From: Spirochaetia bacterium | Lineage (GTDB): Bacteria > Spirochaetota > Spirochaetia > SZUA-6 > Bin103 | NCBI GenBank assembly: GCA_965199955.1 | Contig: CBDATQ010000002.1 | Span: forward strand, 1,130,374-1,194,373 | DNA: 64,000 bases | Direction of reading: 5' to 3' | Part shown: positions 17,658 to 26,783 of the stretch, one piece after another | How positions within the stretch are numbered: the stretch's first letter is position 1 | Layout: each line of letters begins with the position of its first letter | The notes under the pieces: model-generated | The model's input: only the letters and a program-made list of their open reading frames with translations | The model's database searches: none | Told to the model about the DNA's origin: nothing | Made by a program: the position numbers and the translations under genes

Positions 17658-18050
17658 CTAGAGGACCTGAACGTCGGCGCGATGCCCGTGCGCCGTTCCA
17701 AGGCGGCTGTCGGCGGTTAGCAAAGGCGCGCCCAGCGCCTCGGCCAGCGCGACGTAGAGGGCGTCATAGGCGCCGATGCTGTGGCGCAATTCCCAGACCC
17801 GGCCAAGGAGCGGCCGGTGATCGTGCCGATGGATGACGAGGTCGCGCAGGATGCCCACCATCTCCGCGCCACGCTCCTGGTCGATGTCTCCCGCCAGGGC
17901 ATACCTGCGGACCACGTGCGCGACCTCCGCATCGAGCAGGTGAGGGCTGTGCACGGTCGAGGTCGTCGCCTCGATGTGGGGTGTGACGCGGATGCCCGCC
18001 TCCGTACGCAGGAGCATCTCCACGATCACGGAGGCATCGACCACGATCAC
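17658..18050 (-). CDS. vapC: PIN-domain toxin
   Basis: 130 aa, MIVVDASVIVEMLL... with conserved acidic residues. It has a 4-nt overlap with the upstream antitoxin. Confidence 0.85.
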   Translation of the reverse strand: MIVVDASVIVEMLLRTEAGIRVTPHIEATTSTVHSPHLLDAEVAHVVRRYALAGDIDQERGAEMVGILRDLVIHRHDHRPLLGRVWELRHSIGAYDALYVALAEALGAPLLTADSRLGTAHGHRADVQVL

Positions 18051-18268
18051 CGTTCGTCACGCGCCCGCCGCAAGGCTTCGACGACATCCTCTCGTGGGGT
18101 GACCGGCTCCAGTCGCTCGAGCCGAGCCGTCAGTTCCTGCGGCGTAGGCATCGACGCCTGCGCGGTGATTTGTTCGAGCAGATAGGCGGAAAGGGAGGTG
18201 CCGGCCATCGCCGCGCGCGCCTTGAGCTTGCGATGCAGCGACTCCGGTACGTTGCGGATCTGGATCAT
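18047..18268 (-). CDS. vapB: FitA/VapB-type antitoxin
   Basis: MIQIRNVPESLHRKLKARAAMAGTSLSAYLLEQI... (73 aa); alternative start at 18277. Confidence 0.8.
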   Translation of the reverse strand: MIQIRNVPESLHRKLKARAAMAGTSLSAYLLEQITAQASMPTPQELTARLERLEPVTPREDVVEALRRARDER

Positions 18269-18273
18269 CTTAT

Positions 18274-18309
18274 GCATGTGAATAGCATGTACACATGCAC
18301 ATAGCATGT
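18274..18309. promoter_or_regulatory. Array of GCATGT/ACATGC half-sites (putative VapB operator)
   Basis: GCATGT occurs at 18274, 18285 and 18304, and ACATGC at 18293. The central unit GCATGT-AC-ACATGC is an inverted repeat. The array lies in the divergent intergenic region. Confidence 0.5.
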
Positions 18310-18396
18310 CAATCGACGAAACCGCATATCTGTGGGCGCCCGGCGCGGATCGGCGATCCCTGGCGGTGCGCGGGGCGGTCGCGTACAGTCAACCTC

Positions 18397-19630
18397 ATGA
18401 GGGTCGTCTCGAAAGAAGTGTTCGTTCCGTCCCCCGGACCCGGCGTCGGGGTGACCGGCGGCGCCTACTACACCCGAGCCACCGGCCACGAGCTGGTGAG
18501 CGTGCACAGCCATCACTCGCGCTCGGACACCGCCGACATCGCCCTGTTCCGCCGCTCCGCTGACGGCGGCGCGACCTGGGGAGCGGTGACCGAGGTGGCG
18601 ACCGGTCAGCAGCGAGCCGGCGGCATGTGGCGGCGGTATCCGCGCGCCGGCCACGTCGACCCCGCCACCGACCGGTACGTCACCGTGCGCGTCGAGGGAG
18701 TGCTGCCCACCGACGAGCCGCTGGAGGGGATGCGGCAGTGGCAACTCCACTACGCGGTGTCGGAAGACGGCGGGCGTACCGACCTGGTCGACGAGCCGAT
18801 CGTGCACGCCGGCAGCGACGAGGACGGCGTGGCGTTCGACCCGGACCACCCGCTGCCCGGCGTATGGCGCGGCCGGAACGGGGTGATGCTCGGCGACCTG
18901 ACGTGCCTGCCGCTGACGCTGCGCGGCGGTCGCGATGCCGGCGACATCCTGGTGCCGTGTCAGATCTGCCCGGTGGGTCCGGACGGCACCTTCCTCAACA
19001 AGGGAGGCGGCTTCACCTTCCACGACTCGGCGGTGCTGCACGGGCGCTGGGTGGACGGAGGCCCTCGCCTGAGTTGGCGACTGTCCGAGCGCGTGATCGG
19101 CGACCCGGAGCGATCCACGCGTGGATTCCTGGAGGCGACCATCGCCGAGCTCGCGCCGGACCGCGTACTGATGGTGATGCGCGGCTCCAACGACGTGCGG
19201 CCGGAGCTGCCGGGCTATCGCTGGTACGCCATCTCCGAGGACTGCGGCTGGACGTTCGGCGAGGTGCAGCCGTGGGCGGATACCTCGGGCGCGCCGCTCC
19301 ACTCGCCCAGCGCCTGTTCGCAACTTCTCGACCATTCGGACGGCCGGCTGTTCTGGCTCGGCAACCTGTGCGCTGAAAACCCGCGTGGCAACAGCCCGCG
19401 CTACGATCGTGATCGCCGAGGTGGAGCGCGACACCGGCCTGGTCGTGCGCGACACGGTCACGACCATCGACGACCGCCAGCCGGGCGAGCTCGAACGGCT
19501 CACGCTGTCCAACTTCTACGCGCGCGAGGAGCGGGGCTCGGGCGACATCCTGCTCTACCTGCCGCGCTACTTTGCGCGCGAACGTTCCTTCACGGCTGAC
19601 AACACGGTGTACCGGATCGCGGTGGCCTGA
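18397..19630 (+). pseudogene. BNR/sialidase-fold protein with one +1 frameshift near 19405
   Basis: Starts MRVVSKEVF... with Asp-boxes (SADGGATWG). Frame 1 reads ..ENPRGNSPRY, then the sequence continues in the frame of ORF 19385-19630 as IVIAEVERDTGLVVRD.... Removing G19405 joins the two frames. Confidence 0.65.
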
Positions 19631-19636
19631 TCGGTT

Positions 19637-20029
19637 GTGTCTGAGCCGATGAGCCCCGAGCACCCGCGGCTGCACGTGACGGCGAGGTCGTACCCCGAAC
19701 TGCTTTCGCTCGACGAGCTGGCAGGCGAGGCCGCCTTCGCCGCGGCGCGCCACCGGTACCGCCGCCGTACGACCGGGACTACTACGGCACGAAGTTCCAG
19801 GACGGCCACCCCTACGTCGAGGCGGCCCTGCATGCCGACCGCGTGGTGCTGCTGACGCTGTTCTCCGTGGTGGCCGGCAGGCCGGCGGCGCCGGTCCGCT
19901 GGAAGGACGGCGACGGCGGATGGTCCCTTCACCGGGGCCGGGGACGTCACCGTCGCGCTGGATCGGGGCTCGCTGCGCGTGACCCGCGCGGACGGGGCCG
20001 GCTGGCGCGTGCCGCCTGGCGAAGCGTAG
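19637..20029 (+). pseudogene. Heparinase II/III-like relic (N-terminal ~35 aa fused to C-terminal ~110 aa, frameshifted)
   Basis: MSPEHPRLHVTARSYPELLSLDE.. is followed in other frames by PYDRDYYGTKF..RVVLLTLFSVVAGRP..DGDGGW and GDVTVALDRGSLRVTRADGAGWRVPPGEA*. These align to the C-terminus of the 20804-22782 product (APYDRTRL..WRLLTLFLVVRPG..DGDAWRIADAGAAVTVSA). Confidence 0.5.
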
Positions 20030-20036
20030 CGCCCGT

Positions 20037-20807
20037 TCAGTCGACGTCGAGCAGGTATCGCATCGCCGGGGTCAGACGCGCGGCCGTTTCCGGCCGCAGA
20101 TAGGCGCGCTGGTCGGTCTGCTGCGGTCGCTCGCGCACGTCGAAGAAGCAGTGCATGCCGCGCCGCCGGGCGCTGCCTGTGCGGTTGAGCGTCCCGCCGT
20201 GCCAGGTGAGCGAGTTGAACACCGCCACGCTGCCGGCCGGGGCCTCCATCAGCTCCTGCTCCGCGTGCGGTGCGGTGGGGTCGTCCAGCAGGTCCTGCGG
20301 CCGGCCCAGGCGATGAGAGCCGGGAACCAGGCGCGTGCAGCCGTTGTCGGCGGTGAAGTCGTCGAGCATCCAGATCGAGTTGCAGCCGGTCAGCGGGAGG
20401 GCGCGGCAGTCCGAGTCCTGGTGCAGCGCCTGCCGGCCCTCGCCCGGCAGAGCGTCGCGGGCGTTGAGGGAGGAGAGCCGAAACGGCGCGCCGATCACGT
20501 GGCGCACCGCCGCCAGCACCACGGGATGCGACCAGACGCGGTCGAAGGCCCGCCCCTTGTTCACAAGGTCGGCCAGCCGCCGCGTGCCCGCTTCCTGATG
20601 CACCTCCAGGCCGGCGCGCTCTCCCTCCGCGGCGGTGAGCTCCTCGAACCTGGTGCGGAGCAGCTCCAGCCACGTGGCGTCGATGATGCCCGTGAAGAGG
20701 GCGAAGCCCTTGCGGGAGAGCTCCTCGCGCCGGCGTTCGCCAAGAACGCCCGGGTCGGACCCCAGCTCCGACAGGCAGCGCTCCATCGTCATGGCGGCCG
20801 TCATCAT
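20037..20807 (-). CDS. Phytanoyl-CoA dioxygenase (PhyH) family 2OG/Fe(II) oxygenase
   Basis: 256 aa. The ATG at 20807 overlaps the upstream stop (ATGA). HQD...H facial-triad residues are present. Confidence 0.8.
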   Translation of the reverse strand: MMTAAMTMERCLSELGSDPGVLGERRREELSRKGFALFTGIIDATWLELLRTRFEELTAAEGERAGLEVHQEAGTRRLADLVNKGRAFDRVWSHPVVLAAVRHVIGAPFRLSSLNARDALPGEGRQALHQDSDCRALPLTGCNSIWMLDDFTADNGCTRLVPGSHRLGRPQDLLDDPTAPHAEQELMEAPAGSVAVFNSLTWHGGTLNRTGSARRRGMHCFFDVRERPQQTDQRAYLRPETAARLTPAMRYLLDVD

Positions 20808-22782
20808 GTCGCGAGCGGCACGCGCACGTTGCCGCCGGCCGCCGAGGCGATCAGGTCCGTCGCGGAAACGGTGACCGCGGCGCCGGCATCCGCGATCCGC
20901 CAAGCGTCGCCGTCGCGCGCAGGCGGCCACGCCGGCGGGGTGTTGCCGGGGCGCACGACCAGGAACAGGGTCAGCAACCGCCAGCGGCCGTCGTTCGTCT
21001 CGGCCGCCACGAAGCTCTCCCGGCGCTGCTCCAGCGGCTCGTCCAGCCGGGTGCGATCGTAGGGCGCGTGGCACTGATGCTCGCCGCGCCGAAACGTGGC
21101 GGTGGAGCCTGCGAGCGCGCAGATCTGGCCGAGCAGGCGCACCGGGCCGCGCGGACCCGCGGCCTGCACCCGGAAGCAGCCGTCGGCGTCGATAGCGGCG
21201 CGGTCGGCGGTGTGCCACCGCAGCGTCACCGACTCCGCGCGAGCAAGCTCGCACTCGTCCAGCACCGCGACCAGGTCCGGGAGCAGGTGGATCACGTGCC
21301 GGTGCACCCGCACCACGTCGCGGTAGGCGGCGGTGAGGTCGATCGACCACGCGGCTCCGTGCTCGTCGAAGGAGGCGTGCAGGAAGGTGCCCTCGAGCGG
21401 TTTCTCGAACCGCATCTCCCGGCCGCCGATCTGCAGCAGGTTGTGGCCTCTGACGCTGGCGTTGTAGTAGCGCGCGCGGGACTCGCCGAAGAAGTCGGCG
21501 GGGTAGGACGAGGGGGAGCCCAGATCGATGATCAGCGGCGCTTCTCCGGCGTGGATGACGAGCTGCCCGTCGTCCTGGTGCTCGTGGATGGGTTCGCGGC
21601 CGGCCTTGCCGTGCACGACTACGGCGTCCGGATCGCTCCAACTCGAGCGGCTGGCGACCAGGCCCCCCCAGCCAGAAAGGCGGCGCCGAGCGGGAGGTCG
21701 CTCCCATCCGATGCATCGCCGCCGGGCGGCGTGGCGGCCAGCATGGGGTCGTACCACAAAAGGTCCACCACGTCGACCTGGGTCAGATCGGCCGCGGGAT
21801 CGTGCACGATCCCGTACGTCTCCATGAACCACTGCAGCAGCCCGTCGCGGGCCGCCGACGAGATTGGCCCGAAGTAGCCGATCAGCAGCGGCCCCTGCGC
21901 GTGGGAGTCCCCGAACGGGATCGTGTGGCCCGGCGGCACCGTAACGTGCATCAGCCATCGGCAGAACTGCGGAAACGGATGGGCGGCCAGCCGGTCTTCC
22001 TGTCCGCCAGTCACCGAGTGGCGCGCCGCGAAGTACCGGACCGGGTACTGCAGGGAGCCTGAGTAGCCCACCGACTCGCTGAACTCACCGTTCGGGCCCA
22101 GGACGGTCAGGTACTTCTCCATGCGCGGCTGCGCCATCTCCACCAGCAGATCGGATCGGTCGTGCTCGCTCCCCAGCACCATGCCGACGATTCCCAGCCC
22201 GCCGACCACCACGGTCATCCAGTTGCTCGGCCGGGTCAGCCAGTGCGGATCGGTCGGGGCGGTGGCCAGATAGGGCCGGATGGCGCAGCGGTCGAGCCCT
22301 TCGACGATCATCGTCCGCTCGGCCGCGCTCAGGTGCGCGTACAGCCAGTCGTAGGTCAGCGCCACCCCGGCGCCGAGCTGGCCGGTGCGCAGGTCGGCCT
22401 GGAACATCTCGTGGGCGAAGTCCAGCCACCGCGGCCACCGTTTCGTGTCGAACAGCGCCTCGATCTGTGTCAGGGCGTCCTGCCGATAGCGCTCCTCGCC
22501 GGTGACCAGGTGGACCAGGGAGTCGCGCAGCAGACGCCGCACCACCGCCTGGCAGATCGTGTTGTCGGCATTGGCGTGCCGGATCTGCTCGGCGGGCCGG
22601 CCGGGGAGCGCCGTGCCCGGAAGCAGCGGATCGGTCCCGACGGAGTCCTCGGCGCCCTGCCGGACCGTCTCCCAGAGGCGCGCTCCATACGGGCTGGCGA
22701 TCGTGTCCCGAAGCTGGTCCAGGGAGCGCCGGCTGGGTCCAGGCTCGGCACCGAGAAATATCGAGGGGTGCCTGGCAGTCAT
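20804..22782 (-). pseudogene. Heparinase II/III-like protein, frame broken in a G7 run
   Basis: The N-terminal part (ORF 21619-22878 from M at 22782) and the C-terminal part (ORF 20804-21958) are in different frames. They join as ..AAFLAGG|GLVASRSSWSDPDAVVVHGKAG.. if the C/G run at 21663-21669 had 8 rather than 7 residues. Confidence 0.7.
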
Positions 22783-23049
22783 CGGGAGATCATGGGCCGA
22801 TCGGCGAGAAGTGGGAAGCATGGCCGGGAGTGCCGATCCCTGAGGCGACTGCGCTCCTATCGGGAAATCACGTATCAAGTCACCCCTGCTGGCAGATGCG
22901 CTGTACGAAGTCTCGGATCCCTTGGGAGTGATCGTGTCCTTGATCCCACCAACCTGTCAGGTCGCGGATCCAGGGTTGCCGGACGGTATCGCCGGGGCCA
23001 AGGGCGGCCGAACATTGGTTCACAGAGACCGGGCCTCGCGCTGTACTGC

Positions 23050-23940
23050 TTACTGCTTGAGGGAGCCGACCATCATGCCCTTGACGAAGTAGCGCTGGAT
23101 GAAGGGGTACACGCACATGATCGGCACCACCATGACGATGATCGACGCGGCGCGGAACGCCTGGATTGGCACCGGGTCGCGCTCGACTTCCAGCAACAGG
23201 TCCTGCAGGCTGCGGTCGCGGCTGACGTCTGTGATCTCTAGTGTGATGAGAAGGCGGCGCATCAGCACCGTAAGCGGCATCAGTCGCTCGTCGTTCATGA
23301 ACACGAAAGGGGTATAGAAATCGTTCCATATTTCCACGATGCGGAAGAGCGCAAGGGTGGCGATGACGGGCTTCGACAGCGGCAAGACGATGCGAAACAG
23401 CACGCGAAAATCGCCCGCACCGTCTATGTAGGCGGCTTCGCGCAACTCGTCCCCCAGTTCGCGGAAGTTGGTCCTGAACAGGATGATGCCGAATACAGTC
23501 ACCGCTCCCGGGAGCACCATCACCCAGATCGTGTCGAGCAGTCCGAGCGCCCGGTAGAGCAGATACGTGGGAATCAGGCCTCCGGATACGAACATCGTGA
23601 GGACGTACATCATGGTGGCAGGCTTGTTCAACCAGAAGCCGCGAATGGTGAGCGGATAGGCGACAAGGGACGTAGCCAGCAGGTATATAAGCGTGCCCAG
23701 GACCGCGTATCGGACCGAGTTGTAGTAGGTGCGCAGCAACTCGGGGTTCTCCACCACCATCCGATACGCATGAATGTTGAACCCGACCGGAATGTAATTG
23801 GCGTTCCCGGTGGCTATGCCGGGTCCGCTACTGGTGGAGAGAGCGAACACATGATAGAAAGGAAACAGCATCAATAGCGTGAACGCGAACAGGAAGACGA
23901 TGTTCAGGATGTCGAACCAGTTGTTCCGCGCCACTATCAT
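23050..23940 (-). CDS. Sugar ABC transporter permease (LplC/MalG-like)
   Basis: 296 aa, multi-TM, with EAA-loop motif (EAAYIDGAGDFRVLFRIVLPLSKP). Confidence 0.9.
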   Translation of the reverse strand: MIVARNNWFDILNIVFLFAFTLLMLFPFYHVFALSTSSGPGIATGNANYIPVGFNIHAYRMVVENPELLRTYYNSVRYAVLGTLIYLLATSLVAYPLTIRGFWLNKPATMMYVLTMFVSGGLIPTYLLYRALGLLDTIWVMVLPGAVTVFGIILFRTNFRELGDELREAAYIDGAGDFRVLFRIVLPLSKPVIATLALFRIVEIWNDFYTPFVFMNDERLMPLTVLMRRLLITLEITDVSRDRSLQDLLLEVERDPVPIQAFRAASIIVMVVPIMCVYPFIQRYFVKGMMVGSLKQ

Positions 23941-23950
23941 GCCGCTGTTC

Positions 23951-24922
23951 CTACCACAGGCTGTGCCCGGTCGCCCGGCGGCCAACATAGTTCACGGTGG
24001 CTGCGAAGATGAAGGACACGGCCGAGTCGAGCACACCGACCGCGCTGCCGTACCCGATCTGTCCGCCGGCCAGCCCTACGCGATACACATAGGTCTGAAT
24101 GACGTCCGCCGTCTCGTAGATGCCGGGATTCTGCATCAGGAATACCTTCTCGAAGCCGACGCTTACAATGCCGATTGTCTGGAAGATCAGCAGGATCATC
24201 ATGAGCGACAGCAACTCGGGCAGCGTGATGTACCGGACGAGCTGCCAGCGGTTGGCTCCTTCGCATGTCGCGTTCTCATAGAGCTCCGGATTGATGCTCG
24301 CGAGCCCGGCAAGGTAGAGAATCGACCCGAACCCCACGCCCTGCCAGATGCCGGAACCGATGTACAGCGGCCGGAACCAGCCCGGCTCCATGAAGAAGTT
24401 GGTCTGCTCGCCGCCTATGCTCGCCACCGCTCGATTGATGATGCCGTCGTACGAGAAGAATTCCTTCATCAAGCCGATGATGACCACCAGCGCGATGAAG
24501 TGCGGGAGGTAGCTGATGGTCTGGACGACGCGCTTGTAGCCCGGCAGTCGCAACTCATTCAGCAGGAGCGCCAGCGCGATCGGCGGCCAGAATCCCCATA
24601 GGATGGACAGGAAGCCCAGCAGAAGCGTGTTGCGGATGAGGCGCACGGCGTATGGGCCGGTGAGGAACGCGGCGAAATTGTCCAGGCCGATCCAGGGACT
24701 GCCCCAGATGCCATCGACCGGGTTGAAGCGCTTGAAGGCCACCTGCATCCCGTAGATCGGCAGGTACTGGAACACCAGGATCATCCCCAGGCCGAGCGCC
24801 GTCATGACGTACAGGCTCTTCTGGCGGGGGAAGTCGTGCACGACCTGCGCCAGCCGTCCGCGCCGCGGGGATGCCGGCGCGACCGGACTGTCAGTCCCCA
24901 CGGAGCCTCTCCGTCCCGCCAC
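23951..24922 (-). CDS. Sugar ABC transporter permease (LplB/MalF-like)
   Basis: 323 aa with motifs FQYLPIYGMQVAFKRF and ENATCEGANRWQLVRYITLPEL. The GTG start at 24922 is tentative. Confidence 0.85.
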   Translation of the reverse strand: MAGRRGSVGTDSPVAPASPRRGRLAQVVHDFPRQKSLYVMTALGLGMILVFQYLPIYGMQVAFKRFNPVDGIWGSPWIGLDNFAAFLTGPYAVRLIRNTLLLGFLSILWGFWPPIALALLLNELRLPGYKRVVQTISYLPHFIALVVIIGLMKEFFSYDGIINRAVASIGGEQTNFFMEPGWFRPLYIGSGIWQGVGFGSILYLAGLASINPELYENATCEGANRWQLVRYITLPELLSLMMILLIFQTIGIVSVGFEKVFLMQNPGIYETADVIQTYVYRVGLAGGQIGYGSAVGVLDSAVSFIFAATVNYVGRRATGHSLW

Positions 24923-24936
24923 GGAGCCTCTCCGTC
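24885..24936. promoter_or_regulatory. Putative operator cluster: a 13-bp palindrome plus two tandem 17-bp palindromic units
   Basis: GGACTGTCAGTCC at 24885-24897. CACGGAGCCTCTCCGTC occurs at 24899-24915 and again at 24920-24936 (21-bp period), and each unit contains ACGGAG/CTCCGT arms. The cluster lies between the divergent permease and binding-protein genes. Confidence 0.5.
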
Positions 24937-24939
24937 ACT

Positions 24940-24968
24940 GTGACACTCCCATGACGCTGTGGTACACT
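24940..24968 (+). promoter_or_regulatory. Candidate sigma70-type promoter for the binding-protein gene
   Basis: GTGACA, 17-nt spacer, TACACT, with TG upstream of the -10 box. This gives a leader of about 55 nt ending in AGGAGG before the ATG at 25028. Confidence 0.4.
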
Positions 24969-25027
24969 GGCAGGGCAATTCAGTCAACGGGAGGCGCTCC
25001 GACGCTTCCCACAGGAGGACGATCACG

Positions 25028-26674
25028 ATGAAGACATTCGCGCGCACCCTTGCTGCGCTCGGCGTTGTACTGCTGGCCGCGTCGGGCGCTTGGGCGGAGG
25101 GCCAGGGGGAGGCCAGCGGGGCCGGTGCCATCCCGGACCAGGTCACGCTCCCGCTTGCGGAGAAGATAACCGTCGACTACACGCTGGCGGAGCACACCAC
25201 GATTGGCCACTACGCCTTCGCCGACGACGGCCATCCCGGCTTCATCTGGCTGGAGGAACAGACCAATGTCGAGCTCAACGACATCCAGATACCGCCGGGT
25301 GAGATCGAAGCGAAATATCAGGTCATGCTGGCCACGGGCGACCTGCCGGACATCTTCAACCCCGGCGCCGCCAATCTCAGCAAGGCGGACCTGGACGCCT
25401 TTGGCGATCAGGGTCTGTTCGTCAACATCCTGGATTACGCGCACCTGATTCCCAACTACATGAAGCTGATGGATGAGGTGGAGCCGCTCGCCAACATGGT
25501 CACCAAGGACGGCAAGAAGTACGGCTTCGCCATCTACAACGCCGATCCGATTCCGTTCTCGCTGACGCTGGCGTACCGGGAAGACCTGTGGGAGAAGATG
25601 GACCTGCCGCGCGACACGTGGGAGGACCTGTACGAAGCCTTCAAGACGTTGAAGGCGGAGTTCCCGGACTCCTATCCGGTCAACGCGTGGCAGACCGGTG
25701 ACCGGTCGGTGCTGCTGTTCATGGCCGGGGCGAACTTCAACACCGATGAGAGCATCTACTACAACCACACCAACCGCGAGTGGCAGTACGGCCCGCTGGA
25801 TGCCGAATACGAGTACTTCATGGAGTATTTCTCGCGCCTGTGGGCGGAGGGGCTGCTGCATCCTGACACCTTCACCATGAGCTACGATCAGTGGAGCCAG
25901 TCGCTGGCCAACCACGAGTCGTTCTTCACGTGGTGGTGGTCGGCATCGGGCAACTGGTTCAGCCCGGTCACGCAGTTCAAGCTGCCTGATTATGGCCCGG
26001 GCAAGGAGTGGACGTTCAGCGCCCTGCGCATTCCCAGCCTGGTAGAGGGCGGGCCCCGCGCACGGTCACGCAACACCATGCCCTACGGCAACTACGGGTA
26101 TGTGAAGCTGATCTCCTCGCAGTCCGAGCACATCCCGGAGATCATGGCGTGGCTGAACTTCCTGGCCGTGGAGAAGAACAGCTACAGCGTCTTCTTCGGC
26201 CCGCCCGGGGAGTACTGGGACATCGTCGACGGCAAGTACCGGTGGCTCATTCCGGAGATCAAGACGCCGTACAACCCGGAGGGCACGCTGGCCGACCATG
26301 AGTGGTTCCTGCAGAAGTTCGGCGTTCGTACCAGCCTGGCCAACGTCGAGCTCGTCGGTATCGACAACCCGCGCATGGAAGCCAACATGACGATCGAGAG
26401 CGACCCGGACTACACGCAGTTCGAGGTGGAGGCGCGCCAGTACGTGGCCGACGGCTCGACCCCGCAGCGGCCGGAGCCGATCACGAACTTCACGGCCGAA
26501 CAGGCCGACCGCGAGGCGCAGTTGAAGACCGCCATCGACACCTACGCTCAGGAGCAGTCGATCCTGTTCATCACCGGCAAGCGCCCGCTGAGCGAGTTCG
26601 CGGCGTTCCAGGACGAGATCAGGAACCTCGGAGCCGAGGAGCTCATCGAGTTGTACAAGGCCGCTTCCAGCTAG
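25028..26674 (+). CDS. Extracellular solute-binding protein (LplA-like, large family-1 SBP)
   Basis: 548 aa with AGGAGG RBS and signal peptide MKTFARTLAALGVVLLAASGAWA. C-terminal region typical of LplA-type binding proteins. Confidence 0.85.
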   Translation: MKTFARTLAALGVVLLAASGAWAEGQGEASGAGAIPDQVTLPLAEKITVDYTLAEHTTIGHYAFADDGHPGFIWLEEQTNVELNDIQIPPGEIEAKYQVMLATGDLPDIFNPGAANLSKADLDAFGDQGLFVNILDYAHLIPNYMKLMDEVEPLANMVTKDGKKYGFAIYNADPIPFSLTLAYREDLWEKMDLPRDTWEDLYEAFKTLKAEFPDSYPVNAWQTGDRSVLLFMAGANFNTDESIYYNHTNREWQYGPLDAEYEYFMEYFSRLWAEGLLHPDTFTMSYDQWSQSLANHESFFTWWWSASGNWFSPVTQFKLPDYGPGKEWTFSALRIPSLVEGGPRARSRNTMPYGNYGYVKLISSQSEHIPEIMAWLNFLAVEKNSYSVFFGPPGEYWDIVDGKYRWLIPEIKTPYNPEGTLADHEWFLQKFGVRTSLANVELVGIDNPRMEANMTIESDPDYTQFEVEARQYVADGSTPQRPEPITNFTAEQADREAQLKTAIDTYAQEQSILFITGKRPLSEFAAFQDEIRNLGAEELIELYKAASS

Positions 26675-26712
26675 GGAGCGCCGGGGTCCGGCGTCCGAAG
26701 ACGCAGCCTCAG

Positions 26713-26755
26713 GGGCCGCCCGCTGTCATTCGGCAGCAGGGCGGCCCTTCGTTTG
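26713..26755. terminator. Bidirectional terminator hairpin between convergent genes
   Basis: GGGCCGCCCGCTG, 8-nt loop, CAGC(A)GGGCGGCCC, then TTCGTTTG. A second perfect 7-bp hairpin (CGGGCCC-GGTG-GGGCCCG) follows directly. Confidence 0.6.
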
Positions 26756-26783
26756 CTCGGGCCCGGTGGGGCCCGGCAGACGA

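Noticed and set aside
22783-23049. A possible small gene or binding-protein tail (..PWIRDLTGWWDQGHDHSQGIRDFVQRICQQG*) downstream of the LplC permease gene.
   Set aside because: Similarity to binding-protein C-termini is too vague to support by eye, and there is no convincing start or RBS.
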